A stretch of DNA of 64,000 nucleotides from positions 3,286,001 through 3,350,000 of the forward strand of contig NC_043009.1 of NCBI RefSeq assembly GCF_006345805.1, written 5' to 3'. The notes below the pieces were generated by a model. It was not told the DNA's origin, ran no database searches, and saw only the letters and a program-made list of their open reading frames with translations. This document shows positions 41,616-56,561 of the stretch, piece by piece. Position 1 is the first letter of the stretch; every line of letters begins with the position of its first letter. The translations under genes were made by a program, and so were the position numbers. The stretch comes from Octopus sinensis (Eukaryota).

Positions 41616-42002
41616 CTAGCAGTATCGCCCGGCGTTGCTCAGGTTTGTAAGGGAAATAACTATAAAGCATTTTTAGAGAGTTATAGCCAAAAAATAGCCA
41701 AAAAATGGAAAAAAAATGATGGTAAATTTTTTTTTTGAGAGTATAAAAGGTTGAGTTGCGTCCCCTAGACAGTCTGTGGTTTGTTTTTTTTATTCTCGAC
41801 CCCATGTCGAATTTATCGATTTTTTTCAGAACTGGGGGAACTTTTCAAAATTTTCGCTGCGTTAGTTTTGAATTATGACATTGGGCTATGTGTGTGTCAA
41901 GTTTCATCAGAATCGGTTGAAAGCCGTGGTCAGGGTGAGGGTACGAGAAAACAGACACACAGAAACACGCACAGACAAACTGCCGTTTATATAGAGAGAG
42001 AT
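41615..42002 (+). mobile_element. Non-autonomous Helitron/Helentron-like element inserted in (TA)n
   Basis: Starts ACTAGCAGTATCGCCCGGCGTTGCTC; 3' block CAAGTTTCATCAGAATCGGTTGAAAGCCGTGG..ACAGAC repeats..TTTATATAGAGAGAGAT, a Lep1/DINE-like layout. Confidence 0.65.
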
Positions 42003-42112
42003 ATATATTAGTACGCGTGTGAGTTTTTATTAATATATATATATATATAAATGTACATATATATATATATATATATATACACGAACTCATACACAGACAT
42101 ATATATATATAT

Positions 42113-42183
<71 letters not shown>

Positions 42184-43371
42184 GTATCAGTAAACAATGT
42201 CGGTCCATGTGTTTTCTTTCTTTTGTTCTAGCAACTACCATATCAGGAGTATTGAACTAGAGTATCAGTTCCCGAGTATTCCACACCAACGGTAGCAATT
42301 GTCTGGCAGAATCAGCATCATAGTGTTACATGAGGCCTCTTAATTTCCGGGTAGTAAATTGTAATCACATTTCATGTTTTGTGCTTATGCTATATCAAAT
42401 TACTCTTCAGCATGACGCCAACCAGCGAGATGGGAAAAGAACTGTTGTTTGTGAAGTGCACTTCAATTACCTGACAACCATACACAGGTATATATAACAA
42501 ACACTCACGCAGACATATGTATTCATACGCACTTCTACCGTTGAGTAAAGACAAAAAATATTTTAAAAGACCAATACAGGAATAGCAATGATATTAGTTT
42601 CACGTTTCAATGGAAAACGGGTGCTCTTAACGCTTCGGGTGTTATGCCGTCATAACAAAAACTGATAAATAATGAGAAGCACGGAGAGAACGAAGGAAAG
42701 AAATTCTAAGTGTCTACAATAAATGTGAAAGGACACAACAAGAATTTGAAGGTTTGGAAACCAAGTAAAATGGCGTCTTTATGGGAGTGTTAAGACGGGT
42801 GGGAGGGACAGATGTCGTGCGTGTTAGGGTGATGTGCGCAAATGTGTAAGTACGGTGACGTTGACTATTGGCGATGACAGGTTGCTAAAGTGTACAGTTT
42901 TTAGATAGGAAATGTGAAATTGTATTTCTGAAGTGATGGGAGCGGGGACGAGTGACCGGTGATAAATATATTTTTAAAGCTCATGGAAATGCAACCGCAA
43001 TTGGGAGGGTGTTAATTATGTTTATTTACAAATATAAACAAATAGAGGCATATTTAAATTGCATATCATGAATAAATATAATCTGATTTCGAAAAGATCA
43101 AGTGAGTGTACTCTTCAGATATTTAAACTTTCTGTGAACGGATGGTGCAGAAATTAACACCAGTCCTACAAAAATAGAGTAGTATCTGAAATGGTACGAG
43201 TATTTCTGTGTTGGTTTTATTTCGATTACTTCCTGAAAGAAAACAATAAAATGAACGTAGTGAAAACGTCATCGAACAATTTGATTTTTGGTTTTGCTTT
43301 CAGACATATACAACGTAAATGACGTAAGATAACTACTTTTTGTAGCTGCATACAAGGCAGTCGATGGCAAG

Positions 43372-43460
<89 letters not shown>

Positions 43461-43684
43461 ATATATATATATATAATATATATATATTATAGATATATAT
43501 ATATATATAATAAATATTAGGGAATAAATCCAAATTTACAGGGAAAAAATCAGATTTAGGATTAAATCCAATTTTATAGTAAAATATTATAAAATATTAT
43601 TAGAGACAAAACCACTATTTTGCAAAACAAACAAGGAAAGACTTAATCAATACATAAAATTTTAATAAATAGTCAAAAAAACCC

Positions 43685-43727
43685 CCACTACAATCGTTTC
43701 TTGTCTTGATCGACAATCTTCAGGTGG
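43685..43727 (-). ncRNA. Minimal type I hammerhead ribozyme
   Basis: Reverse complement reads CCAC-CUGAAGA-UUGUC-GAUCAA-GACAA-GAAAC-GAUU-GUA^GUGG. Confidence 0.78.
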
Positions 43728-43786
43728 ACTTCCAATAAGTCAGTTTCAATTATGAAGTCATAATTTGAAACTGACTTATTGGAAGT

Positions 43787-43829
43787 CCACCTGAAGATTG
43801 TCGATCAAGACAAGAAACGATTGTAGTGG
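43787..43829 (+). ncRNA. Minimal type I hammerhead ribozyme
   Basis: CCAC-CUGAAGA-UUGUC-GAUCAA-GACAA-GAAAC-GAUU-GUA^GUGG; 4-bp stem I, 5-bp stem II, 2-bp stem III; predicted cleavage after 43825. Confidence 0.78.
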
Positions 43830-43985
43830 CGGTTTTTTTGACTATTTATTAAAATTTTATGTATGATTAAGTCTTTCCTTGTTTGTTTTGCAAAATAGTG
43901 GTTTTGTCTCTAATAATATTTTATATATATATATATATATAATATATATATATATAATATATATATATACATAATATATATATAT

Positions 43986-44076
<91 letters not shown>

Positions 44077-44219
44077 ATATTTATATAAATAATATATATA
44101 TATATGTATTATATACATATATATACATATATATACACACATACCTGTATATATATACATATATCTATCTGTCTATCTATCTGATTATCTATCTATACCT
44201 ATCTATCTGTATTTAGCCA

Positions 44220-44384
44220 TGATAGGTCGGTAGCCACTAAACAGTTGTTTTTTCTGTAGAAGATCGTAGGCTCGAAATGTTAAAGACTTTTTTTCAATTC
44301 CCGAGTGTTATACTAATACATCTGTTTGTTTTCTACACCACCTGTCTTCGTCTTTTGTTTTTTTTTTCGTGAATTCTCATCCCT

Positions 44385-44388
<4 letters not shown>
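44220..44388 (+). mobile_element. PLE-pLTR-like subfamily P1
   Basis: CTGTAGA-AGATC-GTAG-GCTC-GAAAT-GTT; body near-identical to 35700-35790. Confidence 0.6.
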
Positions 44389-44427
<39 letters not shown>

Positions 44428-45329
44428 ATCGGAGAAAATCGATACTAGGATACATTATCAGTGAAGTAATCAGTGGCTAAATAATAATAAATACTGGAGG
44501 CCAAGATCCGATATACAGATCTGCAAGTATCTCATTTGTCAATTTATTAATTCGCTCAAGGTGGTAATATAAATAAGGCAATCGGTTTTGAGAATAGATG
44601 AGCTAAATTGCTTTTGGTTGAAATGACATTTGCTGCCTATGTACAAGTGTTTACTAATATATTTTCTTCGATTTTTCCCCCTCCCAAATGATGTTGAGAT
44701 GTATGGCGATCTTTGTTTTCTTTCGTTTTATTAAAATGTATGTCCCTCTGCATGGACAGTTTTCTGCAGTTGTACTGTATATTATTGAAAATATTGTAGA
44801 TAATTTCATTTAAATAATTCTTACTTACGGACGTTTTGCAAACACTTTGGTATATGCATTTATTGACTAAATGATTCTATACCAATTGATATTAGAGAAC
44901 GCTTATTTTTCATAAGACTTTAATCTGCTTGGGTATTTTGCAGTCTCGAAAAACCAAGTATATCAGCAACTCTCTTGATTTTCAATTCACGAAGAATAAT
45001 GTTCCTTGTCATTTGGTAGGAAATTAAGTTGGAGCGATTCAAGAAGTATGTCTGCGCTATTGAAAGTGTTTGACAGAAGTCTAAAATTGTTAAACTATTT
45101 CGAGCACAAGATTAAGAAAATGAGATCCATTAAAACAATACAAGAGCACAGAGTTCAGTTTGAAAGGAAAATAAAGAGAGCTATGAAAGAATTGAGTGGT
45201 TGTGTAGACGAAGAAAATACTGGGGATCTGAAAATATCATTGAATGGAAGCCAACTTGACATAGGCACTCCGTCGTTTAAGACGACATGTACTACAATTA
45301 ATCCGACCAACAGAACACCCTACTCGTAA

Positions 45330-45577
45330 AATTAATGTGCAAGTGGCTGAGCACTCGACTGACACGTGTGACCTTGAAGTAGTTCACAAGGAGATTCAAC
45401 GTGTCACAGAATGTCAAAGCTGGTTATTAGAAATACATGTATTATTCATTTTTTCCAGCTTAGTGAAGCAACATGAAATTAAGTGTCTTCCTCAAGGACT
45501 AAATGCATGCCCGGGAATTGAACTCATGACCTTACGATCCTTCACCTAATACCCTAACCATAAGCTACGCGTCTTCA
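45330..45577 (-). mobile_element. SINE family D-like
   Basis: Minus strand GCGTAGCTTATGGTTAGGG..GAGTTCAATTCCCGGGC..TTGAGGAAGACACTTAATTTCA. Confidence 0.7.
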
Positions 45578-45883
45578 TACTAACTTAACATTATCCAGCT
45601 CAGAAATATCTATGCTACTCAGTCATCGCGCGAACTTCATCGCAGTGGTTGTACCTCCATGAAACTACTTCAAAAGCTACTTCCTAAAATACAGACACCC
45701 ATGATATTTTAATTCGATTGACGCGGTTAGAATACATATGATTAAAGATATATTCAAACAGATCCATCTTATTGTGAAACATTTGTTGTTTTCTGTATCA
45801 ACTGCATTAAGATTTTCTTGGCCTGTGGACCTCTTTATACATATCTACATCTAGAATGTGAATACTAGCGATATTCTAAAATA

Positions 45884-46428
45884 TTGGGTTATCCGGAAAG
45901 TTCGTGCCGACTTTTAAAAGAAAGAAAAAGGTCAATAAATACTTGCCATTACATTTTTGATCAACCAAATATGAAACATTTTCCATCTTTCTTTTAACTT
46001 GAAAATACCCTCTTCCCAGATTTGAGGTGGTTTCGTGGCAAAGAATTCATCAAGATATCTTTTTACGTCATCCAAGGAATTGAAAATTTTACCATTAAAG
46101 CTATTCTGCAGAGACCTGAATAAGTGGAAATCCGAAGGAGCAATATCTGGTGAATATGGAGGGTGGGGTAACACATCCCAGACGAGCTGCAGCAATTTTT
46201 GTCTGGTCTCCAAGGCATTAAGTGCCGAAAATGAACTTTCTTATGTTACATTTTAAAGGGTTACATAACACAGGTTATAGAAACATAAAACTTCTTCCAC
46301 GAAAAGATAGCTTAAACTGTGCTCTAAATGGAGGTGTAGTTAAATTCTATTTTATGGACTTAACCATGTTCTAAAATAAGACGAAAGATAAGCTACTGTA
46401 GATCGGCACGAACTTTCCGGAGAACCAA
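45884..46428 (-). mobile_element. Mariner deletion derivative with both TIRs and TA TSD
   Basis: TIRs TTGGGTTATCCGGAAAGTTCGTGCCGA and TCGGCACGAACTTTCCGGAGAACCAA; TA at 45882-45883 and 46429-46430. Confidence 0.93.
45932..46213 (-). pseudogene. Mariner transposase C-terminal remnant
   Basis: WDVLPHPPYSPDIAPSDFHLFRSLQ (mariner YSPDLAPSD motif), followed by GIFKLKERW. Confidence 0.93.
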
Positions 46429-47275
46429 TAGAAATAGTGTATGATACATAACTGATTCCTTAATTTGCATTACTGAGTTCTAGTCCTCAAGCATGGTGGA
46501 AGTACGATATATTTTCTAAACACCGTCGAAGCTCTCATCCACTCTATCCCATTTAATATATGTAACAACGGTGCTACGTGAAGTGCCGTACACATGCAAT
46601 GTTGCTCCGAATACGTTTTCTCCTTAAGTTTAATATTAACCAATGCAAATGTATTCCAGCCATAAAGACTGAGGCTCTCCGGCAAAATGTCTTAAAGTAT
46701 TTAGTAGTGACCCCAAACCTGCCAGGCTCGATTAGATATTTTATCTCTCTAGGGTCGATTAATTATGTAGCAGATATATACTGCGGTAAATTCAATCAAC
46801 TAAGTTAGTCTCTTACCAATATTACGGCTTCCTATCTAATTAAGAAATCAATACTAACTAATACTCCAGACATTTGCTAGACATGCAACAATCTACCAAT
46901 ATGCGCATTCCCTTAAATCATTGATTAAATAACAATGAACAAATGGCCCAAATACAGGTTTAATGCGGATGCTTTTTGTTTCTTCATCTGTAGGAATGAT
47001 TTTTTTTGGCAATTTGGTTTGTTTAATTGGAATTAATATGATTTTGTTCTAGGTTAGTATGGTTTTTAAACATCAAATCACACTACTTTAATTAATCTGA
47101 GTATTTGCCATACCGCAACTTATGTAAGTACATTTGCACTTTCCAATTTTAATGATGTGGAAACATTTGTGTGTGTTAACAAACACAGATGTGCCTATAC
47201 TCATATATCAGGAACGAATAATTGCTAGTAGTGTAGGCAAGCGGTTACGAATGTTATTTTCTAAAACATTTCTAA

Positions 47276-47578
<303 letters not shown>

Positions 47579-47595
47579 GTATATATATATATAGG

Positions 47596-47760
47596 TATTT
47601 TATCGACTCCAAAAGGATCAAAGGCAAAGTCGACTTCAGAGGTATTTGGGATCAGAATATAAAGGCGCCCGAATTGTTTCGAAGAATTTTGCCCGGCTTG
47701 ATAACGTTTCATATTTCCTTATTACCCTAAATGGGCTAAACATAGAGAAAGCAACTAATA
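47596..47760 (-). mobile_element. Old SINE A
   Basis: TTTATCGACTCCAAAAGGATCAAAGGCAAAGTCGAC..TTGCCCGGCTTGATAACGTTTC. Confidence 0.6.
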
Positions 47761-50402
47761 ATTCTTGGAATGGTGAAAATGTAAAACAATATAGAAATTA
47801 TTACTGTCACTCTCACATTAAAATCTACCATGGTCTCGTTAATTCCTCCTGTGGCATACATAGACGAGATCTGATATAGATACTGTCCTACGTCTACTAC
47901 TTATTGATCGAGCAGAATCTTGAGGGTGTAATAAGTTAAGAGTGCTATGTGCACTAGCTTTTGATTGGTGTTCATTTTTGACTTTCTTTATTGTACCAGC
48001 TTGAAATGAAAATGCCTTACACACGAACACAACTGACGAAAATGTTGACGAAAAAAGAACAGCAACAATTAATAAGTTCATTCGCAGAGAGACACGGTAA
48101 CATATATCTCTCGTTAAGTCCTTTAGGAACATACATACACGCGAACACACAGAGATTCTGTCCTATTGATCAAGCAAAATCTCGAGGCTGTAATAAGTTA
48201 AGAGTGATGTGTGCTCTTGCTCTTGATTGGTGTTCATTTTCGACTTCGTTTCTTGTACCAGCATGAAATGAATTACTATACTCCTCTACACAACTGGTCA
48301 AATGTTCCAGTGACTAATCACACAGTTTTATTGATCGTTAGCCTGAAAGCCTTAACTACTCGGCCACGCACCTTCGGATTGTAATTTCAATATCTGTGTA
48401 GGTGAGAATATACTCGCACTTATCATCAAAAGTGAAGTACTTTAATTACTTAAAATAGCCGTATTGCTGATAATCTTAATAGAACCACTTTCCTGTTTCT
48501 ATATGCATACTAATAATTTTAAGTGTTGCCAACTAAGTACAATATACATTACTAAGTAAGTATAATGACACCGAAATATGCTTCTTGCTTTAACAAGATA
48601 ACTTCAAATTACTAATTCCTTCGAAACAGTTTAGTCAAATTTATTCAAATAGTTAGATTGTCTCAACACATTTGAGATATTTCATTCGGTATTTTTTAAA
48701 TGTATACATAAATAAAAAGAATTTCTTTTACATAAATTACATGAGTATTGAAAGAAAATCGAACATTTTAAATATATTACATTACCTGTATCCTACCTTA
48801 TTGTATTTGTAATAAATACATGCAACCGTGCCTTGCGCCACTTTCTCAAGTATGCCGTTAATACCTATAACTAGTATCCCGGTTTCTCTCTAACTTTGAA
48901 TACATTTATGTACTGTCCATCATTGTTTCTTCTTCTGTATGGTTTTCTTCTATTAGAAGATCTAACAAGACCGAAACTCGTCTGCTGCTTTTCATCAATT
49001 GGCTTTACACATCAGATCGTCTTTCATCTGCAGTGCATTTATTTTTTAAAACATTGAGTTGTTAAGTTTTGACGCCGTCAACAGCCTTGGCCAGTGTTTG
49101 TATACTTAGCTCCTGGAAATTTAAGCTTTTCTATAGGTTATATGGATAATCTAAGATATGGAAATTTTATATATAAAGTCACTATATTTCACATATGCAG
49201 TATATTCCAATACACAATCTATTCTTTGAGTCATTATTCAGTTCATTTGAATTCCTTCCTTGTTACGTTTTGTTCTGTCAACTAGCGAATCAGGAGATAC
49301 GTCAGTTGACAAAAAGGAAACACATATTTCGAAATTGTTATTAAGATGCATATATGTATGTATGTATGTATGCATGCGTGTGTCAGCCCGTGTGTGAGTG
49401 CATGTACATACGTGTGAGCGAGCGTGTACGTGTGGATGCTCACAGCATCCAGCATATACCCTTACCTGTAACTTCTACCCACTTTCCACTGGCTGAATTC
49501 TGTCTCTGGTCTATAGTGCTGACATCACATCATCTGATGGCATCAAAAGACATTTCAAGGACACGACAAACAATGGCTTCAAAGGAAGTTATACTCAACA
49601 TATGCATACCTTCATGTGCAGAGATAGGGAGAAACCCACCTCCTTGTATCCTTTACTCTATACACTCCATGACCCTCAGAACGATTTCTCCCACATCTAA
49701 TCGCGTATCCCTGACATATACCTTCCGTACTCACTTTGAACTAGCAATTTCTGACTCCGCTTCCGCGAGAGACTGCTCATACTCTACCAAACTTTATTAT
49801 CCACCAATGGAAAGAATAAATTATCTTATTTTTGCAACCAGAGGCATTCCATTTTAATGAACTTCAAGCACCGGACACCCAACAACCCACATGTACCCTC
49901 CTGCGCACAGTAAATAAACCATAGGGTGTCTATATAGACTTCAGCCCCACACAAGCTGACAATCAAAAACTAAAACCTCTAAATTTTAATCCAGTACTAT
50001 CAGAGCTAGTCACTCCCATAGCAAGGCTTTCACTGAGATAGTGTTACTTCTCTATTAATCCGGGAAAACACCTTGTCCTGGTATGTGTAGTAGCAATTGC
50101 AACGATCTGATGTCGCTAAACAAACCAATCTAGACTCAACAGACCTATTGGCCCTAGCGACCTACCACATCTTTTGCGAACACGGAAACTTAAGACCAAT
50201 GATGACACAACTTTGTCTGAGTTTACCAATACTGGCCTAACACTTGGAGGCCATTTTCAATCTATGTCCTCATGTTATTCGATCTCCAGATGCCAGGAGA
50301 ACTGAGTTCCTCCTACGAACCTACGAAGCTTTTAGTTGCATAGAAGTATTTCTCACTGTTATTAATAACACACGCACACAAATGTATATGTATGTGTAAA
50401 TC

Positions 50403-50433
<31 letters not shown>

Positions 50434-50468
50434 TTATACGTATATGTGTATATACATATACATATATG

Positions 50469-50546
<78 letters not shown>

Positions 50547-50899
50547 GTAGAGCTATTTCTTCCAGTAATTATTCTCATTTTGCCTCTATAGTTAATTATA
50601 ATTTCTTGTATCGAGACACGTTCTTACATCTGTGTCTCTTTCTGTTTCTCTCTCATTAAATTATTGCTAAATCTTACGTACGGCAATCCATAAATTGCAT
50701 ATGTTAAACATGTATATTTTGTCTCCTCGCTTTAACAATTCTCTATTTCGAACTAGCAATCAACAATATAAACTGTTTGCTTCTTAAATATCGACGATGG
50801 CGAAGAAGTCGGAAGAGAAATTGAAGAAGAAGATGAAGAAGGAGGAGAAGGTAAAAGATGAGAACAGGTAGAAAGACAGGAAGGAAGAAAGAAATACAC

Positions 50900-50932
<33 letters not shown>

Positions 50933-51099
50933 AGGGGAGAAAGGAAAGCGTTACATCATTTATCTTTAATTACCTCGACCAAAGATTTGATCAGGTGATA
51001 TTAATGTTAGATTTCTCGTCGAAACATAGATCAATATGTATACATATTGAAATAAGCTCTCCTACTTAAAGTAATTACTTCCAATATCCAAAAGCGTTA

Positions 51100-51360
<261 letters not shown>

Positions 51361-51941
51361 ATTTAGTCGTTCCTGTTCTTCCATCAGAAACCGCGTTTGA
51401 TTATGCAACGTAAGTATACAAAACTCTACCACGTAAAGAGGGAATAAAATCTCCAAATAAAATAAGGTGAACGTCGTCATGTTTCCATGTTTGCTCTTCT
51501 TTAAATGATATTTTACATTGTTGATTTAGCTATAAAATCTTTGTATAAATACAAAGCTTTTAGCAAACAGGATGCTCGCATACGCTTCTAGTTATTTATT
51601 TGTTGATGTTGTATAGGTTATATTTCTCATGCTAGTTGCTGTTCTTTCACATTACAGTTGTTTTTCTCACGATGTCGGCCATGTTCTTTGCTAATATTGC
51701 TTCCGTCAATTACGGTTAAGTTTATAATTGTTGATGTGGTTGCTAACTTTGTTCAATTTCACTGTTGTTGTTATTTGTGTTTTTGTTGTTGTTGTTGTTG
51801 TTGTTGTTGCAGTTGTCGTTTTTCACAATTATCGATATAATTGATACCTGTTGAAAACATTTAAATTGTTGTTTAGATTTGTAAAACTGTTTGCCCCGTT
51901 TTTTTTTTTGCGAAATTGTGCCACATCAATTGCCATCGTTA

Positions 51942-52338
51942 TATGAGTGGCTGTGTGTTAAGTAGTTTGCTTACCAACCACATGGTTCCGGGTTCAGTCC
52001 CACTGCGTAGCACCTTGGGCAAGTGTTTTCTACTACAGTCTCGGGCCGACCACAGCCTTATGAGTTGATTTGATAGGCAGAAATTGAAACAAGCCCGATG
52101 TATATTTGTGTATATATATGTATGTATGTGTGTATACGTTTGTGTGTCTGTGTTTATCCCCCCAACAACGCTTGACAACCGATGTTGGTGTGTTACGTCC
52201 CCGTAGCTTAGTGGTTCGGCAAAACAGACCGATAGAATAAGTGCTAGGCTTACAAAGATTTGCTCGACTAAAGGCGGTGCTCCAGCATGGCCACAGTCAA
52301 ATGACTGAAACAAGAAAAAGAGTAAAAGAGTAAAAGAG
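51942..52338 (+). mobile_element. SINE family B
   Basis: Near full-length match, with GTAAAAGA tail repeats. Confidence 0.9.
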
Positions 52339-52396
52339 TATGTATATACGCACATGTATATATTAATATGTGTATAGATACACAGATACATACACG

Positions 52397-52660
<264 letters not shown>

Positions 52661-52711
52661 GATAGGAAATACACACACACGCAGAAATATATATGCACAT
52701 ACATATGCATT

Positions 52712-52743
<32 letters not shown>

Positions 52744-54419
52744 TACATACATACATACATACATACAGATATACATGTATGCATATAAAAATACTTATAT
52801 TTTGAAACATATGTGTATAAAGGCATAATTATTTATATATATGTATATATATCCATATTTATGAATATATATATATATATATATATGCTTTTTTGTTTAT
52901 ATGTGTCTGTGTGTGTGTAACGTGGCTCCATTTAGAGTAGATTAATGATATGTAGATATTTCCCCGTATCGTCTAAGTTCTAATCACATTGCTTTTACTT
53001 CTTAATTTTCTGTCTTGGCTCCAATCCTTGCAAATCTAAGTGACAATTAGCTTTTCGTGATTCAGCTTAATTGATTACATCGCTCCTCTGTATGAAATTT
53101 TTAACATTATTGTAAAATAGGAAGGCGTAATTACCATTGTATTTCATTTAGTTCTTGTTGTTGTTTGCTTCTAGTTCAACCTGCTTCTGGTAGCAATGTG
53201 ACCAAACGGTAGATATGAAATCACCGCATGTTGTTTGGAACATGCAATATTACATTTCTTCGTATTTCTAATGCATTTTTTCTTCTTTGCAATGCATTTT
53301 TCTTCTCGTTTAAAAAAATTGTTCTTTAAAATTGCCAAAGATTTCTTTAGTAATTCTAGTAGATCAAGACTCCACCTAGAGATCCCGTCATGCCATACTG
53401 TATCACACACAATGAACTAAAATTGACAGTAGAACGATTCAGTGAATTTGGAGTACTTTATTGCTTTAATTCCATTATTTTTTTTACATCGCTCACTTCC
53501 ATGCTCACACTTCATCTGCTCAATTATCTGCCTTCATACATGTACAGGCAAAAACACATGTACGTCCAAATACTTACGCATACGCACATAGCCAAATATA
53601 TACACACATTTGTAAATAAATAATGCATCTAATTTTGTCTCTTGCAGAGTAAACTTTGCTTGTATTGTCACCGAGGAGATGAAAAATGTACTGAACGTGA
53701 CCTGGTTTAATACAATTGATTAATTCCGTCTTTTGGAAAAGAAAAATATAGCATTGTACTAACCTAAAATCTCGGTCAAATCCATCAGTACGACTATGAG
53801 AAGGTATTTGGCAGAATCTTTCGAGCGTTGGGTAGAAAACCATACTCTAAACATTCAGGCATTTGGTGCTCAGGTTCAAATTTCGCCGAGTTCAAATTTG
53901 CATTTCTGTACCTGAGGGTTCTTAAATAGAACTACAAATTCACTGCGATGAATTGGCTGAAGCGTAAAAACATAGAGACAATATGTCTTAGGCTTTTTCC
54001 TCCAGGTCCTAACGTTCTGAGTTCAAATTGTACTGTAGAATACATGTGTAGAAAAATTAATCTGTCGCTACGTGTAGAATTTTCAAACACATAATTCCTT
54101 CGGAGACCGTGGTATATGTTACGACTTTCATACGAGCAAAAGATAATGAAAGCTCCAGCAACACAAAATACCTACTAAGAAACTGGTTTCAAATTTTCCA
54201 GAAGGCCAGGAAATTCAGGGAACCATTATGGAACTGGTACTTTATTTTATTGATCTTGAAAGGAAGAAATGTAAAGTCGCCCACGGTGTTATTTGAATTC
54301 AGAACGAAACATCAGAAGAAATGCCTGCAATGTAATGATTCCACGAACTCTGCGCCATCATACCCGCTGAGATATTGCTATGAGGTCGTTCGCTTTTATG
54401 TGCCATTTTATGCATATCT

Positions 54420-54580
54420 CTTTTATTGAAACGGGACAATTACAGGCATCATCCGAGTTGATAGTACTACCCTCGTTTCATTTTCATTGGTTATGGAGAA
54501 ATGAATACCCTGGAATACTACAAAAAGGGGAGACATATCTTACCCAACGTCTATACTTTACGGATGACCTTAAATACTAA
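54420..54580 (+). pseudogene. Highly degraded non-LTR reverse transcriptase fragment
   Basis: GIIRVDSTTLVSFSLVME then, after a frameshift, LYFTDDLKY resemble the GIFQGDSLSP..F and HLLFMDDLKLY motifs at plausible spacing. Confidence 0.4.
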
Positions 54581-56166
54581 TCTCTGAACTTTTTCTTTGG
54601 GTTTATAGATCCCACCCCAATTTTGTCAAGCAGTTTAGAAATTATATATTTAAGCACAACAGAAAATGGAGAATAAAATGAGCAACGAGATCATAGGAGT
54701 GGATGATTTAGAAATCCAAAGATTGTAAAAAGTACGAGAGATACGTACGCCATACTGAATTTGAAGTCAGAATAATACTCTTTCTCTAATATATATCTGA
54801 ACAAAAATATTTAAACAGGAATGTTTTAAGATCAGCAAAAATATAAATATAAAATATATAAATTCATGACAGGAGTAGGAATATATATATATTCTATAAA
54901 TATATGTACATTGCCAGCTTTAACATATGTAACTCGGTGGATTGGATGTTTTAAGTTACTAGTAATAGAGAAACAGAGATTGTCCGTGGCATTCCCAGGC
55001 ACTTCTAATAATGCCTTCGACGTACGACTTGAGCTTTTAGTAGACAACACAAAGAAATATAGAGTAACGATCTGCATATTACGAAGTTCTAGCATAATCA
55101 GTAAGGTGGACCGTGTGACAAAGACAGAGAAGCTGAGATGATCGCTTGCACAAACGTGTTTGACGGTAGTTCAAAGCCTACCCTCATGAAGGATTAGAAG
55201 CTATGATAGCATCGCCAGAAACGACAGAGATGCGAAGATTTTCTTGTGATCGCTCGGTACGTCTAGTATTAAATACTTAGATTTATCATTCATCACTAAA
55301 ATTTTTATTTGTAAAACTTTATACACAACATCGTTAACATACAATTTTGTAGCCAATATTTTCACAATCAAGTTACCTCATCAAAGAAACTTCTAACATA
55401 AGGTGACCATATTTAAAATAACAAAAGAAGCCAACAATGGCATATGTATAAAACTGTTGAGAAACAATCCCACACACATAAACCTCCATTCCAACTGCGA
55501 TTCTAGATCCTGACGCAGTTTCCTCTCTATTTTCACTGGCCAATTCATAGATATTTTTACAGCACTCACACTAATTGTATCTGATGTAGTTTCTACTGCA
55601 AACTTTCAGTCACTTTTGACATGAATCTATTACTAATACTTGACCTCATAGTTTATTGTCACGTGCCATATTCGTTCACACATAATGAAATAAATTATGC
55701 CACATAACTAATTGAGTTTTTGGTAATCTGCCAGAATATTTTGTTTTCATTTTTGCTTTTAGATCATGATGAATCTACGTAGATCATAGTGTTAAGTTTT
55801 CTTTGCTTTTCGTTCATTAAATAATTTCATAACATTTAAAGTAGTTTAGTAATTACAAGAAAAGCCGAATGAAAAACAGCGAGCAGAAGAACCGATGCTT
55901 TCAATGAAATATATTTTGTTTTACCAGCACAAACAAATACGATGAAGCCTCTAGGTTGTTATTGGTCTGCAAACAATAACAGACTGATAATCTACAAAGT
56001 ACACATTTTTTTCAAATGGAGATGGTCACAACGGGTCATAAAGTCTGAATAATATAATCAGATGGGACGGTCACAGTTGAGATGACTGTGATTGTGGGCT
56101 AGTGCTCTGCACGATTAGGACTCATTAGAGCACATTTGAGCGATTTCATCATATATACATATATAC

Positions 56167-56220
<54 letters not shown>

Positions 56221-56484
56221 GTATAAGAATAAAATCGATGTTTAAAATACCGGTCTTATCAGTTGGCCAGCATGGGAATAAAAACCTTTCAAAGTTAATA
56301 ATTATTTAAAATTATAATCTAGGGGATTAAGAGATACCTCCACGCAGGAAATAGCAGTCAAAACTTGAATCTAAAACCACATTAAATGTTCAAACAGCAC
56401 CTGGTGCTGTATGAACATTTAATGTGGTTTTAGAGTCAAGTTTTGACTGCTATTTCCAGCGTGGAGGCATCTCTAAATGATAAT

Positions 56485-56488
<4 letters not shown>
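56221..56488. mobile_element. TA-embedded head-to-head insert with ~72-bp palindromic arms
   Basis: 56330-56401 pairs with 56403-56474 (4 mismatches); contains GAAATAGCAGTCAAA, also present in the 593-bp unit at 12545-12559. Confidence 0.75.

Positions 56489-56560
<72 letters not shown>

Positions 56561-56561
<1 letters not shown>

Larger units (their letters stand above)
43505..43925. mobile_element. Head-to-head palindromic hammerhead-bearing insert in (TA)n
   Basis: Arms ~43588-43755 and 43758-43925, 2-nt spacer, a few mismatches; the left copy extends a further ~80 bp to the TA tract. Confidence 0.85.

Noticed and set aside
42212-42350. Strong-looking polypyrimidine acceptor TTTTCTTTCTTTTGTTCTAG
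   Set aside because: All three frames stop within ~20 codons; cannot be supported as an exon without RNA data.
43071-43126. AAAUAU-CUGAAGA..GAAAU-CAG-AUU-AUAUUU hammerhead-like match (minus strand)
   Set aside because: No stem II forms except by pairing into the core; an all-AU stem I is expected by chance here.
44820-45329. 107-aa ORF as a transposase or LINE relic
   Set aside because: No motif recognised in any frame.
49590-50300. C-rich block suggestive of an old L1/Tx1 LINE on the minus strand
   Set aside because: Only vague peptide echoes among many stops; not assignable by eye.
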